A program made the translations under genes and the position numbers. A stretch of 63,497 nt of DNA, the filler included, from Dirinaria sp. TL-2023a (taxonomy: Eukaryota), in NCBI GenBank assembly GCA_051941275.1. It is 9 parts of 9 records of this genome, joined end to end, with 100 filler letters (N's around TTAATTAATTAA, not from the genome) between each part and the next. Parts side by side here need not be neighbours in the genome. Positions count along the whole stretch, not along the records: positions 56,565 to 63,497 come from JAVEBF010001387.1; 8 more parts are not named here. One strand, given 5' to 3'. Positions 61,793 through 63,497 of the stretch are shown one piece after another. Position 1 is the stretch's first letter, and every line of letters begins with the position of its first letter. The notes under the pieces were generated by a model that worked only from the letters and a program-made list of their open reading frames with translations, ran no database searches and was not told where the DNA came from.

Positions 61793-63374
61793 ATGTCGCT
61801 TATTCCACAAACCCACAGGGCCGTCATTCACACCTCACCCAAGGAACCCTTGACGGTCCAGGATGTCTCTGTGCCGGATGCGGGTCCAGGTTCTGCTGTG
61901 GTGGAGATTCTGGCCACTCCACTCTTCTCATACACGGCGGAAGTCATCAATGGCACACGACCCTATCCAATGGTCTATCCTCTTACCCCTGGGGCATCGG
62001 CTATCGGTCGTGGTGCGTGGCCTGACGCTTTCTATCCCCACCTTGACTCAATGAGGTTTAATCAAATCTAGTCCGGGTTCTTGGCCCTGATGCCGTCTCC
62101 CTTAAGCCGGGAGACCTCGTCCTATGCGATATGTTTGTTACCGCTCGCGACGACCCCTCTGTTTCGATGCTCATGGGTGTGAATTCGAACCCTCCGAAAG
62201 CCGAAGTAAGTCCACTTCTCCCTTTGAACTACGAGTTCTCTGTCGGTCTATCAATCGGGAAGCAAGCTCACTTCACTGTCTGATAGCCTTTGATGGAACA
62301 TGAATGGCGCAATTCAACTTGGGCCGAGTTGGCCAAATTCCCGCTTGAGAATCTACTGCTTCTCGATGAACATGAGCTGCTCAAGAGGCAAGGCTACAGC
62401 ATCCATGATCTCTGCACGCTACCCACCGCTGTTGTACCCTTTGGAGGACTGGATGAAATCGGCCTTAGAGCTGGCGAAACTATTATCATCGCTCCTGTGA
62501 GTCGCCCTATCTCCCATAGTCTCTTTGTCGCTGTAGAAAGGCATTGCGCAAATGTGCTGTTCACGCATCCTCCAATGTGCTTAGCTCACTTATGGCCTCA
62601 TATTCGGTGCTTTTCTCGGCTGAGCACCGGATACTGGGTGTATTGGTCACGATGAGCTAGTCGCCCAAAAGTCTATTCTCGCAACTTCAAATCTATTCTT
62701 CAGAACCACAATTGTATCCCAAAACATGACAAAATCAACAAAAACTGTAAGACACGCTTACTAAACCACAAACAAAGGCGACAGGAAGCTTCGGTGGATC
62801 CGCCGTGAGCGTCGCCCTAGCCATGGGGGCCCGCGTGATCGCAATGGGCCGCAACGCCAACATCCTCGCCAAACTCGCCACCACGTACGCCGGCACACGC
62901 CGTCTCCAAACCTTCACCATGAGCGGGACCCTTGAAGGCGACCGCGCCGCCCTGCAATCCCTCTTCTCATCAAAACCATCGTCGTCATCTCCTTCCCCAC
63001 TAGGCTCCGACTGCATCCTGGATCTCTCTCCCCCCTCTGCCGCAAATAACACTTACATTCCAGCGGCATTCTCGGTCCTGAAGCACGGTGGCCGTGTTGC
63101 ACTGATGGGCGGGATTCTGGGTGGTATGGAAATGCCGTACAGAGATATCATGCGCCGCAATATCCGCGTGCAGGGGAAATGGATGTATACGCGCGAGCAA
63201 GCCGTGCGATGCGTGAAGATGGCCGAGGCGGGGCTGTTGCCCTTGGGCCGCAAAGAAGGTACCCTGGTTCAGGGCGTTTATGGATTGGAACAGATCCAGG
63301 AGGCCATGGAGCGCGCTGCGACGTGTGGGTGGGGGGAGCAGGTTCTGGTCGTGCCGAGGAAAGGAGGGGAGTAG
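61793..63374 (+). CDS. Medium-chain dehydrogenase/reductase (GroES-like alcohol dehydrogenase family), join(61793..62012,62072..62205,62287..62496,62778..63374), ~386 aa
   Basis: YPLTPGASAIGRV..GPDAVSLKPGDLV, TWAELAKFPLEN, APATGSFGGSAV..ALAMGARVIAMGRN, GRVALMGG and GKWMY. The frame is kept across three introns. Confidence 0.9.
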
Positions 63375-63497
63375 TGGGATCGCTCGAAATCGCGCATTAG
63401 AAGGTTATTGTCATCTAGAGAAAGAGCAGGTACTGATAAAATCTCCTTGCTTTCAGATTACTACTTCAGCCATGACATAACAAACCCTCCCCCTCCC

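Overview
Eukaryotic DNA from a filamentous ascomycete (Pezizomycotina): short GT-AG introns with CTRAC branch points and fungal gene families. A lichen-forming lineage is only a weak guess. The window is not one locus. It is nine unrelated ~7 kb contigs (7017, 7002, 6980, 6970, 6957, 6956, 6945, 6937, 6933 bp, in decreasing length) joined by artificial 100-bp N44-TTAATTAATTAA-N44 linkers, so gene neighbourhood is meaningful only within a contig. Recognisable genes: a RID/Masc1-type C5 DNA methyltransferase (3'-truncated), ADE4, ADAL, a SAM methyltransferase, a membrane protein, ALG2, a GH71 alpha-1,3-glucanase, a C2H2 TF, a small secreted protein, three BTB/POZ genes, KISH (partial), a TIM-barrel dehydratase-like enzyme, a Zn2Cys6 TF, an RTA1-family protein, a GprK-like receptor (partial), two DPR/'allergen'-repeat stress proteins, an SDR, a GST and an MDR oxidoreductase. 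The most notable observations are: (1) four divergent, intronless, TATA-preceded small orphan paralogs at 46-49.4 kb; (2) a degenerate ~120-bp repeat array with a 63-bp ACTAGT-bounded core, including a head-to-head inverted copy, at 14.2-15.9 kb; (3) an otherwise intact BTB gene with TAG at a conserved Trp; (4) a ~400-bp CpG-free patch; (5) a GC-AG intron inside a Zn2Cys6 cluster. All exon models were inferred by eye and no database searches were run.
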